DNA of 63,629 nt, counting the filler, from Intoshia linei (taxonomy: Eukaryota > Animalia > Orthonectida), in the NCBI GenBank assembly GCA_001642005.1. It is 4 parts of 4 records of this genome, joined end to end, with 100 filler letters (N's around TTAATTAATTAA, not from the genome) between each part and the next. Parts side by side here need not be neighbours in the genome. Positions count along the whole stretch, not along the records: positions 41,255 to 53,440 come from LWCA01001095.1; positions 53,541 to 63,629 come from LWCA01001328.1; 2 more parts are not named here. One strand, 5' to 3'. Under the pieces are notes generated by a model, which had not been told where the DNA came from, searched no databases, and worked only from the letters and a program-made list of their open reading frames with translations. This document shows, one piece after another, positions 48,929 through 61,199 of this stretch. Positions within the stretch are counted from its first letter, which is position 1. Each line of letters starts with the position of its first letter. A program made the position numbers and the translations under genes.

Positions 48929-51900
48929 ATGAATAATATTATAAGTAAATTTCCTTTTGTGTGCGGGTTTATTGAAGGTTAATTTGAGTAAGAGTAGGGA
49001 TTTATCATTGTATTTTAGGTTTTTATGGGAGACCATGGAGTATGACTCAAAGGCTTGAATTAATCCAGCGTTTGAAAACGCGAGGTTTAAACACTTATGC
49101 ATATGCGCCAAAAGATGATTATAAACATAGATACGAGTGGAGATTAATGTATTCTGAAAAAGAATTGGATAATCTTAATTTGTTGGTAAGAGTATGTGCT
49201 ATATATGGAGTGTTGTTTGTTTATTGTATTTCACCTGGGCGTGACATTGATTTCCAGACGACTGATTTCAACATTTTGGAAAAAAAGTTGAATCAATTAC
49301 AGAGTATTGGATGCAGTGCATTTGCCATTTTATTTGACGACATTGAACACCCCGAGTTTATGCTGAAAGGTGCCATCGATCAATGTCTTTTATTGAACAA
49401 TTTATACCAAGTTCTCGGAAAACCTGTTTTATTTTTTTGTCCCACCGAGTACAGTTCTGAACTCGCCAAACCAAATTTAACAAATTCCGAATATCTACGG
49501 TATATTGGCAAGAACTTGAATTTCAATATACAAGTTTTTTGGACTGGAGATTATATTATTAGCTACTCTTTAAATAATCACCTCATTAGCAAAGTTGTAG
49601 AGGTTTTGAAGCGTCGGCCCATTATATGGGATAATTCTTTAAATAATGACTATTGTCGCAGAGCTCTGCGTCTAGGGCCTTTGAATAATTGCACTACCGA
49701 TATATATAAAACTTGCAGAGGTTTTTTACTTAACCCTAATTGTGAATACGAATGCAATTACATATCTCTAGTGACTTTAGCAACGTGGTATACTTGCTTG
49801 CTGAGGAAATATTTGGAAAATTTTCCACAAGGTTACATAAATAAACACCAAAACATACCAATATCTGATGAAGTGATAAGTGATTATGATGAATCGACTG
49901 TTGCAATTAAACCACTTTTCTACCCAGCCGTTTTCAACAAGAATATTAATATTGACGCCCCAGTGTCGATACTCGATGTCGGTGTCCAAAACTCAAAATT
50001 TGATTCACCGCATAGCTGTTTTATAATGAATAACTTGGAAAATATTGGATTTAACTTTTCTTTAATTCCATACGGAAACTTTAAATTGGAACGATCAGAA
50101 TACCCAATAAATCCTGACAGTAGATGTGATTTTATTAAGACATTGCCTCATTGTGTATCGTCGCCCCCAGTTATTGTTGTAGACATAAAAAATGATTATA
50201 ATGCAAATTCTGCACACCTTAACGCAATGACTTCATGGATTGATCTAGAATTGAACCATTCCTGCGGAATGTTGTTAGATATACCGGTATTGGTAAGTGA
50301 AGAGTCTAAAGATGAAAATGCTGAATATATATACAATAGTTTGGATATACCCTTGTTTAATGACTTGAAATCTAAAAAAATGTCCAATAAAACTATCAAT
50401 AACTTGAGTTTAGAGTTCACCAAAGATGTACTGAAACATCAAGCTACTAACGAATCAAATTTTGTAAACAATACACCAAAGAACCAAACAAATTATATTG
50501 ATCAAGACGTTAATATGAAATCTTACTACGAAGAATTCATAAAAATTGAAATTAGTCCATTAGAATCTGATTATATTTATACATCTAAATTTAAACCCGC
50601 AGACAAACCAATGATCCACATTGAATACCAAAAAGATGTCAAAATGAAACTTAATGATGACATTTCTTTTCATCAAGTCAAGTGCTTCGTTGACATTTTT
50701 TATTCTTGTTTTTGTTATACAAATAGTTCTTGGAAATTGGTTAAAAATTATTTAAAAATAATAAAAACTGCCCCAAAATTTCCAAATAAATTTACTGAAT
50801 TCAATACGTCCGTTTTTAATAAAGCGGTATCAAAATTTCAACAAGTTGCCACGTTTGCATTAAATAGTATTGAAAGTTTAATTGCTATTAAAAATGTTCG
50901 GTTTTTATACGAAATTTTCCCGTACATTTATGATTTGAAAATTGTACTTGAATTGGCGTTAACTGTTATAAAATATATTCAGTTTAATCCTATTCATTAT
51001 ACAGATGCTTTGCAAAAATATATTAACGAGTTTGGGAGTATATTAAAACCAAAGAAAATATTTACACCAGTTACCACTGCTTTGCAATGTATTATAATTT
51101 TTTCTGTCCCGAAATATTGTAAATCTCTTAATTATATTACTCCGGATCCTAATAATGTCAAAAATATTTCTTTAATCATGTGGGATAAATCTCATAAGGT
51201 TTTTTGTTATTTCATATTTATTTTATAGTTAAATCTTTGTTTATGAAAAAAATTCCGAAGAAATGAATTATATAGATTTTTACCCATATTTCTTTATTGG
51301 AAATATGTAGACGTTCAATGCACATTTTTTTGAAATTGTAAAATCAATATTTACATTTTCAATTTTTATTTTAATAGAAATATCTGAAAAATATTAGTTG
51401 CTAATATATTAAAAATTATTTTTCATCGGGAATGCGTAGAATTCTGGATTTGAACTTTTGTATTTATATCAACTGGAATAAACTCTATCAGAATAATCTT
51501 TTTTTTTAATTTTTGGACCGTTAATTATTTCACATTTTTTGTTTTAATAAAATAATTTCGGAAAAAAATATATGAATACTAAAATGCTTTTTTGACCATG
51601 AAGGCGTCAATTATTCAGATTGAAACTTTTTGTGCCACAATGTGTTAACAAGATACAACTGTACCACCTGTAATTTTTTTAAATTATAGGGTGGTTTTCA
51701 TAAAAAAAGGGTAATTTGTGGTTTTTGCCCCGAAAATATAATTTTTTTAAATTTTCTAACTCGTTTGATTTTCAAAAAAAAGAACAATTGGAGTTTTTAA
51801 CCGGTAAGATGTGAGTTTGGGAGGTTGAAATTTATTTTGCGAACACCCCCGGAAAAAACTGTAATTTAAATGTGGACTTTATAAAATTCTAAGACGGGTA

Positions 51901-52603
51901 GTTATTAAAAATAAAGTGGAACACACACACTAAATAATAAATAATAAAATAATTTAATATTTTAAATAATTATAAGTAAGGATTAATCTAATTAATAAAG
52001 AAATATTTAGTCCTAGATTATTATTATTCGTAAATCATAGGAGAAAAAGCATTTGTCTACGTATGAATTTTTCTTTGATGAATAGATCTGATCATCATTA
52101 CTGAAAATGATTAAACTTACTTTGAAAATACATAAGAAAATAGTTTTTGATGAAATTACCAAAATTATAATTGTGCCTCGTTATAATCAGTGTTTGATTC
52201 TTTATAGAGGAATTTGTTTTGTAATCTTATGGCGAATTTGTTAAGACTCAGTACTTATAACGTTTTGGTTAAGTTAAATGTTATATCCCTTAAACTCACG
52301 TCTTACTACCATTTTATTAATAAGAACGTATTTTCTTGTTTTATATTTTCTATTATAGGAATTTATTGGAACATTAAGTTTTAATAGTATTAAAAATAGA
52401 CACACAAATGGTTCAACAGTGGATACTGGTACTGCGGATGTGTAATTATTTATATTTTAATTTTTAACTTTTTTAGATTTATTGCGCCATTTTTATGTTA
52501 TTCTGAAAAATCTTGCTTCGTTCTCACCGGTCATCAAAATAGGATTATTGGTTATCTATTCTACCTGAATGATTATAGAATATTTAAAACGAGATATGAA
52601 GGT
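48929..52603 (+). CDS. OGA: O-GlcNAcase (GH84), 3' end lost at gap
   Basis: FVCGFIEG|FYGRPWS...TYAYAPKDDYKHRYEWR...ISPG...FAILFDDI...FCPTEY...FWTG...PIIWDN..NDY...LLNPNCEYECN; later small exons encode a HAT-like CFVLT...IIGY segment. Confidence 0.92.
51268..51982 (-). mobile_element. Helitron family A, 5' part (OGA intron)
   Basis: Matches 6549-7308; terminal tataagtaagga reads TCCTTACTTATA on the minus strand. Confidence 0.82.
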
Positions 52604-52647
52604 GCTAAAATGTCCAAAAATCATTCAAAACCAAATGTTTTTTTATC

Positions 52648-53073
52648 ATCCTTACTTATATAATATGCTTTGTTTGTCTGTGTGTGTTATCGTTTATTTC
52701 AATAACTACCAGTCTTAGAATTTTATAAAGTCCACATTTCTATTACAGTTTTTTCCGGGTGTTAATAAGATAAATTTCAGCCTCCCAAACTCACATCTTA
52801 CAGGTCAAAAAGCCAATTGTCCTTTTGTTAAAAATCAAACGAGTTGGACAATTTAAAAAATATACACTCTGATACAGATTTAAAAATCATAAACTTAAAT
52901 ATAAAAAAATATATCTTCATGTTCAAAACCACAAATTACCCGTTTTTTTAATGAAAACAGCCCTAGAATTTAAATAATTTTACAGATGGTACAGTTGTAT
53001 CCTGTTAACACACAAAAAATTTCAATTTGAATAAGTGACGCTTTCACGGTCAAAAAAGCACTTTAGTATTCAT
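52648..53073 (+). mobile_element. Helitron family A, 5' part
   Basis: a|TCCTTACTTATATAATATGCTTTGTTTGTCTGTGTGTGT start; truncated at cagtggcgac (53074). Confidence 0.82.
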
Positions 53074-53179
53074 CAGTGGCGACTCTGACTCAAAAATGTT
53101 ACTCGTGCTCACTACATTGTTACCATATCAACTATTGAAAAATACTAAATTATTAACAATTATGAATAATAATACAATA

Positions 53180-53440
53180 AAGAAATAACTTGGTTCTATT
53201 ACTACGCTGACAACCCGCCAAATCAACAATTGAAAATTGACTGACAATGTAATTCAAATTGTTTTCAAAACTATAATCATTTTCAGGGACTTGAACAATA
53301 CTGATATTGAAGATTGCGTGACTTAGACTTCTCGTATTGTTCATCATGGTACATGTTATATGTCGTCGTTTTTTACTGGACAAAAATACATTGTACGCTT
53401 CATCAGTAGAACGGCATTCCACTTCTATCAAATTTCCAGG
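53180..53440 (-). pseudogene. Kinesin-6 (KIF23/MKLP1-like) motor-domain exon with degenerate switch motifs
   Basis: EVECRSTDEAYNVF...KKRRHITCTMMNNTRSLSHAIFNISIVQVP...VSQFSIVDLAGCQRSNRT. No downstream kinesin exon is visible. Confidence 0.7.
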
Positions 53441-53540
53441 NNNNNNNNNNNNNNNNNNNNNNNNNNNNNNNNNNNNNNNNNNNNTTAATTAATTAANNNN
53501 NNNNNNNNNNNNNNNNNNNNNNNNNNNNNNNNNNNNNNNN
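53441..53540. other. Assembly gap with linker
   Basis: N-run + ttaattaattaa + N-run. Confidence 0.97.
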
Positions 53541-53650
53541 ATGATTTATCGTAATTTTTTCAAGATAATAAAGTATTTTCGTTTTTTTTCCTGAGTTTAA
53601 TTAATTAAAACGAAGAAACTAATAATACAAAAAAACTACACTCAATTGCN

Positions 53651-54700
53651 GGGGTATATCCTATTATTTCAATCAGAAAATTGGGACCTTTGTCTAAAGC
53701 TCGCTGGAATAACAAAGCTAACTATCTGTTAAAATATTATCTACTTAGTTCAGACAAATCTGCAGCTATAATTGATGCGTGCAAATTTGTTGTCGATTAC
53801 TGGGCGCCTGCTTGGTTCACTTGTAGAAGACAAACTGAATCAATTGCATTATTACGAGGAATACTGGAATGTTTTAATCGGAATTATATGTTGCGATCAT
53901 ATCCTATCAATGTGGATGTTACAAATGGAATATGTGAGAGATCTCTGGGATATGTAAAAAAATTTGTCGCCGTAATATTGTTGACATTGAAACAAAATTA
54001 CTGTTAAATTTTAACAAAATAAATATTTAAAATTTTAAAAATTATTGTTTCCATGATTTATCGTAATTTTTTCAAGATAATAAAGTATTTTCGTTTTTTT
54101 TCCTGAGTTTAATTAATTAAAACGAAGAAACTAATAATACAAAAAAACTACACTCAATTGCCTCAAATCTGCATAACATTTTACATATCGTCATACAAAA
54201 ATTATAAAAATTAATTGATTAAAACAAACACAGTTCAATTTTTTAGCTCGGCTTCTAGAGAGTTCATATTACTTTTTTTCATTAAAATGTGTTGAAAACG
54301 TTAATAATTGAATTTCAAAATAAGACATTCATAATGATTTTTATATTTAAAATAAATTTTTGGTTATGATAAATGTTAGTATTTTTACTAGTAGTATTTA
54401 GTAGTTAATATTTAGTATATTTGACCAATATTACCAAAAACTTTTTTTTAAAGAAAAAACACCCTGTGAGGTTAAATATTAAATTTTTTCAGTCCAAATT
54501 TGGTATATGTCTTAGTGGGTCATACATTAATCATATCCATCTTTAAAAAAAAATGGCGCCAATTAAAAAAAAGGTATACATTTTTAAGGTCATTTTTTCT
54601 AAAATTTTATTTTTATAGGTTTTAAAGTATCCTTTTCAAGGTAGGGGTGGATTTTTTTCTAATCGAAAATTTTGTAAAAAATGAACAGCCCTAATCTACA
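53651..54700 (+). mobile_element. DNA transposon remnant (hAT-like transposase fragments) and right end
   Basis: GPLSKARWNNKANYLLKYYL...FVVDYWAPAWF and VTNGICERSLG resemble the ARW and N..ER motifs of divergent hAT-like transposases. The AT-rich tail ends aacagcccta. Confidence 0.5.
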
Positions 54701-54730
54701 TATTCTACAGCTAATTATATTTTTATGTAG

Positions 54731-57700
54731 TTTGGTTTAAATTATGATAAAATTGTGTATCATATGAATAAATTAAAAAAAATGAATCCGAAAATTCCAT
54801 TTAAACAATTTGATTTGGATTCTGCCAAATTGTATTTTTCTAAAGTTGTAAAACGAGCTTCAATAATAAAACCTACCGGTGTTACGAAAGGTAATTAGTA
54901 ATTACATTCTATTTATATATATTTAATGTTATTCTTATTGTAGAGGACAATGAAACATATTGTATATTTATGATTTTAAATTATGATATTTATTACAATG
55001 TTGTACATTCCATAAAAGGTTTTTGATATTATTTATTTTATGATGCAGTATATTGCATATATTACGAATATATGAGATATTTGGCTAAAAATGTGATTTT
55101 TAGTTGTAGGTAGAGAAATCAAAATTCAGGTTTATATTTTTTCATTCGTTATGAGTCACAGCCTGTGACTAATAAAATTTTAGTTTAATCATAATTTTTT
55201 CTAATAATACCCGATTGATTAGTATCGAGTTTGTTTATATTATGAACAAAATTCAACCCTTTTCACATTTGATAGCCATCATTTTTAGGAATTTTATATT
55301 TTTATTATTTAGATTTTCCAACATCTCTAATGAAACATAATTTTAAAATTTTACTTGAAACGGGGTTATTTGTTAATATAATTAATATATGAGGAGGGCT
55401 TAATTAACAAGAATAAAATGTACATTTTTTGGTAAAGGTATTTTTCTACAAATACATTTGATCATGCTCCGTGAACGTGGCCCACGGCCACGTGGGGTAT
55501 CGAGTTGATATTGTCGACCCTTGTATTATATATGCACTTTTCATTTAGTTATTTGTTTACATTTATATTTAGTGTAGTTGATTTCATTTACCGTGGAAGA
55601 AAATATCAGTATTTTTTAGATATTTTAATGACTTAATATCATTTTATTCATTGACTACTATTTTTATCAATTATTTTTGAATTTGTTTACGACATACATT
55701 TTGTATATTTTTAGTATAGAAAGTCCAAATTCTAAATACCTCAATTTGATATGTGGAAATTGTAATTTTTTGTAAAATGTTATAATAATTTTCAGATACT
55801 TTTGGCATACCGAAATCTGTGATTATTGAATGTATACCAACCAATAAAGTAGTTTTTTTATTAATAATGTATATATACATTATAAATACTAATCCTAATA
55901 ATAATATAAAAAATAAAAGACAACGGTCAAGGATCGCACAATGTCGTTGTATGAAGGGTTCTATTGTATATATTATAAATTTATTTATCTTATTTTAAAT
56001 TCATTATAATGTATTTTATAATTTAAAGGAATGTTGGATTAGGATTCAATCATTAGCTTTGAATCCTAGATTACGATTAGTAATACCGAGCGAAGCTAGA
56101 TTATCTGATGTAATTAAAACTATTGAAACTAGGTTCATTTCTCCTGGATTTAGTAGTATTGTAATTTTTTTTATTTTAAAACAAATAATATTAATAATAC
56201 ATGTAATATTTAAATACTATTACTAATACTATTTATAGTCTATTACTAATTATTGTATAGATTTCAAAATCGAATCTCATGAATTTGGAAATTATTTTAA
56301 CAATACCGGAAGATGTCCAACTTAAACCAATTAAATTTCGTCTAATAGAAAAAAATTTGAACAAAATTGGTTATAATACTTATTTGGATGTTAATAAAAA
56401 AAGTATCATAAATTTGAATCTTATTAAGTAAAAACTTAGAAAATCAAAATACAACAAATGAAACGTTTAAAATCCCGGAATTTAAAAAATTAAAGTACAT
56501 AACTGCTGATTTTGGAAAATCTGTTTATGTTGGAGAATTATACTTGATGATGAATTGTGATTCAGATGATAATACCATTAAAATAGAATATACATGGAAT
56601 GATCATATAAAACTTTTCAACCGGAATGATATAATAGATTCGGATATTTCGTATATTCTAAGTAATATTGCGAAATGTGAATTGGATAATTTAAAAGTTC
56701 CTCAACAAGTATTATAAGTTTAATTTCGTTTGTAATATTTATATAGTGCAAATCTATAGCCGTTAATACATGTTTTAATGTTGATGAAAAAAAAAATCAG
56801 AAGGTTTAATAGATTCATATTCATAATGTATGTTGATAACTTTTGGGGTATGGCACGAAATTCTCTTTCTAATAAATTTTCATCAAATTAATATCTACAT
56901 ATAGACTCAGTAGATTTAAGAAAATTGTTTACGTTACATATTGAACCGTAAAAATACGGGTATTTTACGAACCAGTCATATTTCAAATAAAATATAAATA
57001 ATCCTTACTTATATAGTATGTTTTGCAATATTTGTTTGTGTGTGTGTTACCGTTTATTTCAATAACTACCAGTTTTAGAATTTTATAAAGTCCACGTTTC
57101 AATTACAGTTTTTTTCGGGATGTTACCAAAATAAATTTCAACCTCTCAAACTCACATCTTACGGGTCAAAAAGCCCAATTTTCCTTTTTTTGAAAATCAA
57201 ACGAATTGGAGAATTTAAAAAAATTTATACTCTGATACGGATTTTAAATCATAAATATTATCATAAATTTAAAAAAAATATATCTTCATGGCAAAAACCC
57301 CAAATTACTCTTTTTTTATAAAAACAGCCCTAGAATTTAAACAAATTTACAGGTGGTACAGTTGTATCCTGTTAACACACATAAAAAATTTCAATCCGAA
57401 TAAGCAACTTCAAGGTCAAAAAAGCATTTTAGTATTCATATATTTTTTTCCGAAATATTTTATTAAAAACATAAATATGAAATAATTTTTACGATTGGAC
57501 TGTTTTTATTTTATTTTTAATATTATACACATTTTGTCTAATAAATTCAAAAAATGGCATAACAATTGTTTTTAAAATTCTTTACGCAAGTGTTAACAAA
57601 AAAATTAAGATGGAATATTCACTTTAAATTAAAAAGTAATGTAATATGACGGTTTCGCCTGAAACAAGTTTGGGACTCACTCCTTTAAAGGATTAATAAT

Positions 57701-59967
57701 AGTGAATAATAGAATTTTTTTGTTAGAATAAAAATGTGCCCTCGGCTGACCTAGGTGCTGTTTGTACGTAGTACATAACAGTCAACCTAGTTATTTATAA
57801 TTGTGTTATACCTTTATGAAATTTTTTAATCATGTCAAAATTAGATGTCTCCAAAAACTCCAATCAAAAAAAGGCGAATATCCTCAGTATTTTTAATTTT
57901 TGTAATTTGTATTTACATTTACGTTGTATTTAGCTGTCTCTTGGCAAATCTTATTTAAAATTCAGTCAAGGTTTAAATAGTTTATCTGAACAAAAAAATT
58001 TAAATAAAAAAAAATCTGATGAACTATTAGAATCAAATAGTCCTGAATTTCAGCCAAATCAAATGTCTACACCAATTCATCTACATTATCAAAAATTTTA
58101 TACAAATTCTATTGATACTGCCAATAATACATCAATGTTAAATTCGAGTTTAATGTCAACATCCGATGGAATATCTAAAAAATTTGATATTTCTTGGTGT
58201 TCTACTTATGAACGTAATTTTTAATCATTTTATTATGTACATTTATTTTTGGTTAACTATCATCATTTAGGCCATGGTTCTTAACCTTGGGTCCCGGTAA
58301 CCTCAAGGGGTGCCAAATCAGTTTTTGGGAGTGCCAGATAATTTTTGAATAAACATTATTTTACAAGCTATATTTTTTAAACTTGAATGAAGTTTCGAAA
58401 ATAAAATTAAATTTATTAATTTAATATTTTTAATTATTAAATATTTTACATTATGTTAATATGTATATTAGGGGCCCGCTTTTTTTTATTAGAAAAACTC
58501 ATTTTGCGCGTAAATTCCTTTTTTGATTTTAAGCATTTATTTCAAAAAAATGAAACCGGTTAATATTAAACGATACTAAAATACATGATATTGATGAATC
58601 GTACAAACGACAGTGTTTTTTCTAATTCAAATTTAAACTCATTTTTAGCAATTTCAGCTAGAAATTTTTTGTTATTTTTTAGAATTTAAGTTTATTACAT
58701 TTTTGTGGGTGCCAAATTTAATTGTATTAAAAAAGGTGTGCCAAGTGGAAAAAGGTTAAGAACCAATGATTTAGGCTAAAGGTCATCGTACCGTTTTCCT
58801 AGTAACATTTAATTAAGCGACATAATTTTGTTAATCTCACAAGGACAAGAGAATAAACACCGATTTTGTTAAGTAATTATATTTATTTTTTTTACCCAAT
58901 TTTTAAATATTTTGAAGATAATTTTGGTAGGGTTTTTAAGGGAACATTTTTTCACTTAATTTTTACAGATTTTTAGACAATTTTGGGACCAAAATTTTGT
59001 AGGTTTTTGAAGGGAATATTTTTAACATTTTATGGATTCTTCAAAATTTTTAAAAATTGGGTAAAAAAATATTACATTAAAAACCTTAACAAAATTTTGG
59101 TCTAAAAGTTAATTTCAAAATCATAAAAAAATAGAAAAAATTATGAATATAAGATAATAAATAAATATGAATAAAGAAACCCACTAAAATTGCGTGAAAA
59201 AATATATAAATTAATAAAATCGATGATTATGTAGCTCTATGATGTATCGCTCCAGAGATGGACGTCTCTTTTTCCAATCTAACCAAAAATTTGTGTCTAG
59301 GTTTAATCGCCTTTATGGTTTTCTGGTTATATATATTCCCGTCTATATTAATTTTATGATTTGGTTATTCTTATTGTATATTTAGCAAATACCGAACTGG
59401 ATTTCAAAACTGAAATAAGAATACATCCGGTGAAATCTGCTTTAAAACCTATATTAGAAGAGAATGAAGATGAGTCAAGTTCAATGGACCAACCTTTAAC
59501 AGAAATGGCGGATATTGATTGTATTTATGACAATGGAGAAGTCAAAGAAAACTTTTTTGAAGGTCCTACAGGTATAATTTTTAATAATCTTTTTACATAA
59601 TATCAAAATTGTGAACTGGTAGTTTTTATTGTATAAGTAATAATACGTAGCACTTAATTTAAAAACTGAAATAAAAATAAACCCTGTGAAACAAGATTTA
59701 AAGTCTACATTAGAAGAGAATGAAGATGCTTCAAATTCAAAAGACGAAACTTTAACGGGAAAATCAAACCTTGATTGTAGCTACAATAGTGTAGAAGTCA
59801 AAGAAAACTTTTTTGAAGGACTATCAGGTTTCATTTATAATATTTTGTTTACGTTGAAATTAAATCTAGAACATGAAGCTTGTTTAAATAATTATAGGCC
59901 AATTATGCCCAAAATGTATAAAATCAATAAAGAAAGTAAACAGAAAAAAGACAATAACATTCCATAA
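54731..59967 (+). CDS. Uncharacterised multi-exon gene, 5' partial, low-complexity C-terminus
   Basis: Series of GT-AG bounded open exons (54731-54890, 54944-55018, 55796-55848, 56261-, 56747-56803, 57845-57886, 57934-58213, 59386-59571, 59651-59827, 59870-59967). It may be more than one gene. Confidence 0.55.
57002..57790 (+). mobile_element. Complete non-autonomous Helitron (family A)
   Basis: Inserted between A and T with no TSD: a|TCCTTACTTATA...(TG)n...tgtttgtacgtagtacataaca (hairpin) gtcaacCTAG|t. Confidence 0.88.
58273..58768. mobile_element. hAT MITE
   Basis: TIR catggttcttaacctt / aaggttaagaaccaatg; perfect 8-bp TSD atttaggc. Confidence 0.92.
58800..59256. mobile_element. Family B TIR element with internal tandem repeats
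   Basis: agcgacataatt...cgattttgttaa left block and aaaatcgatgattatgt...gtatcgctc right block mirror 18674-19100. Confidence 0.6.
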
Positions 59968-60522
59968 ATATCGACAGAATTTTAATTCTTAAACTGACTA
60001 TGTAGCCCAGAATAAACGAGAAAACTAAATTTCTGGGACATGCATTCAATTCTTTTTGTTACTACCTTGCATGAGTTGTTCAACGTTAGACATGTGTACA
60101 ATAATACATTTTTATTTTCATTCTTTTGCACACATGTTGCATAATGTGGTTTACTGTCACTGTATTTTTGATCCATTTAACGTTTACCATATTGATAGTA
60201 AGCCAATTATTTTTAATTCTTTTTGTAAATATCGATATTATTTTAATCGTAAAACCAAACGTGATGAATTTGGGTCAAGTTAAAATAATGTATCGAAATT
60301 AGATTAACGTTTCAATTTAGATTTGATTCAATAAACAAGTGTGCTACATCGCATTGTACAACATTTCAATATGCAAACCCAGATACGCTCGCATTGATAG
60401 CTACCATCTGATATTTCAGGTAAATTGCTACAAACAACCGAAACATTAACTAGAATATTTCATTAAAAAGAAAACTTAATTTTATTGTAATATTTTAATA
60501 GGCCAAAATAATTATTAATTAG

Positions 60523-60975
60523 ATGAACGAGGAAGTAAATGATTATGCAGAAAAATGTACAACTGCTCAAATAATGGAAAATTCTTGGGTTTCTGATGAA
60601 ATTAGAGCACAACAAAAAATACTTAGTAATCTCCTTATCGAAGAAGCCAAACAGGTTTCATCTATTGTTCCTTCATATAAAAACCCAGATCCTGTCAAAA
60701 CAGAAATTGTATATGAAGTATTACGAAACTCTAAAGACCAAAAGCCGACATGTTGCCTCCGTGTGAGCATACCGATTGGGGTAGAACGTATCGTTGGCAA
60801 ACCAGTCATTAATGGACACGAATTTTGCATTTCAACTTATCATGGTAAAGGAATCACTGTTGATACCACTGTCATGTTCCCTAGAAATGCTGATACAAAT
60901 CAACTTATTCTTCGCCGCCTTAGAAAAATATCTGGAGACAATTTCCTTATTATTACAGTCCCAATGTCTCAATAA
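60523..60975 (+). CDS. 150-aa protein, possibly a divergent small heat-shock (alpha-crystallin/HSP20-like) domain
   Basis: Clean ORF. The C-terminal FPRNADTNQL...GDNFLIITVP resembles the HSP20 LP..VD...I.A....G.L.ITVP pattern. Confidence 0.5.
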   Translation: MNEEVNDYAEKCTTAQIMENSWVSDEIRAQQKILSNLLIEEAKQVSSIVPSYKNPDPVKTEIVYEVLRNSKDQKPTCCLRVSIPIGVERIVGKPVINGHEFCISTYHGKGITVDTTVMFPRNADTNQLILRRLRKISGDNFLIITVPMSQ

Positions 60976-61199
60976 TTGTAATAAATTGTGTGCTTTTTAT
61001 CCCATTAAATATTTATCTCAATGTTAGTCTACTCTGTTTCATTTATTACGGTTTGAGCAGTCCTTTCAATTTCGCTTAAAATTTACATTATTCAAATCTT
61101 TTCAGGTATTGGTTAAGTGAACTGTTTAATTTGTTTTAACCTTTATATTAAAGAAAAACAATGAAATAACTCATTGTTTTTCGTAAATTTTAATTATTA

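Noticed and set aside
53541-54160. Exact ~109-bp direct repeat (53541-53649 and 54052-54160) flanking a transposase fragment, LTR-like
   Set aside because: The first copy lies between a gap and a lone N, so it is most likely an assembly overlap artefact. No TG..CA ends or PBS.
59982-60420. Cys-containing minus-strand ORF fragments
   Set aside because: Stops in all frames upstream; no coherent spliced model or motif.
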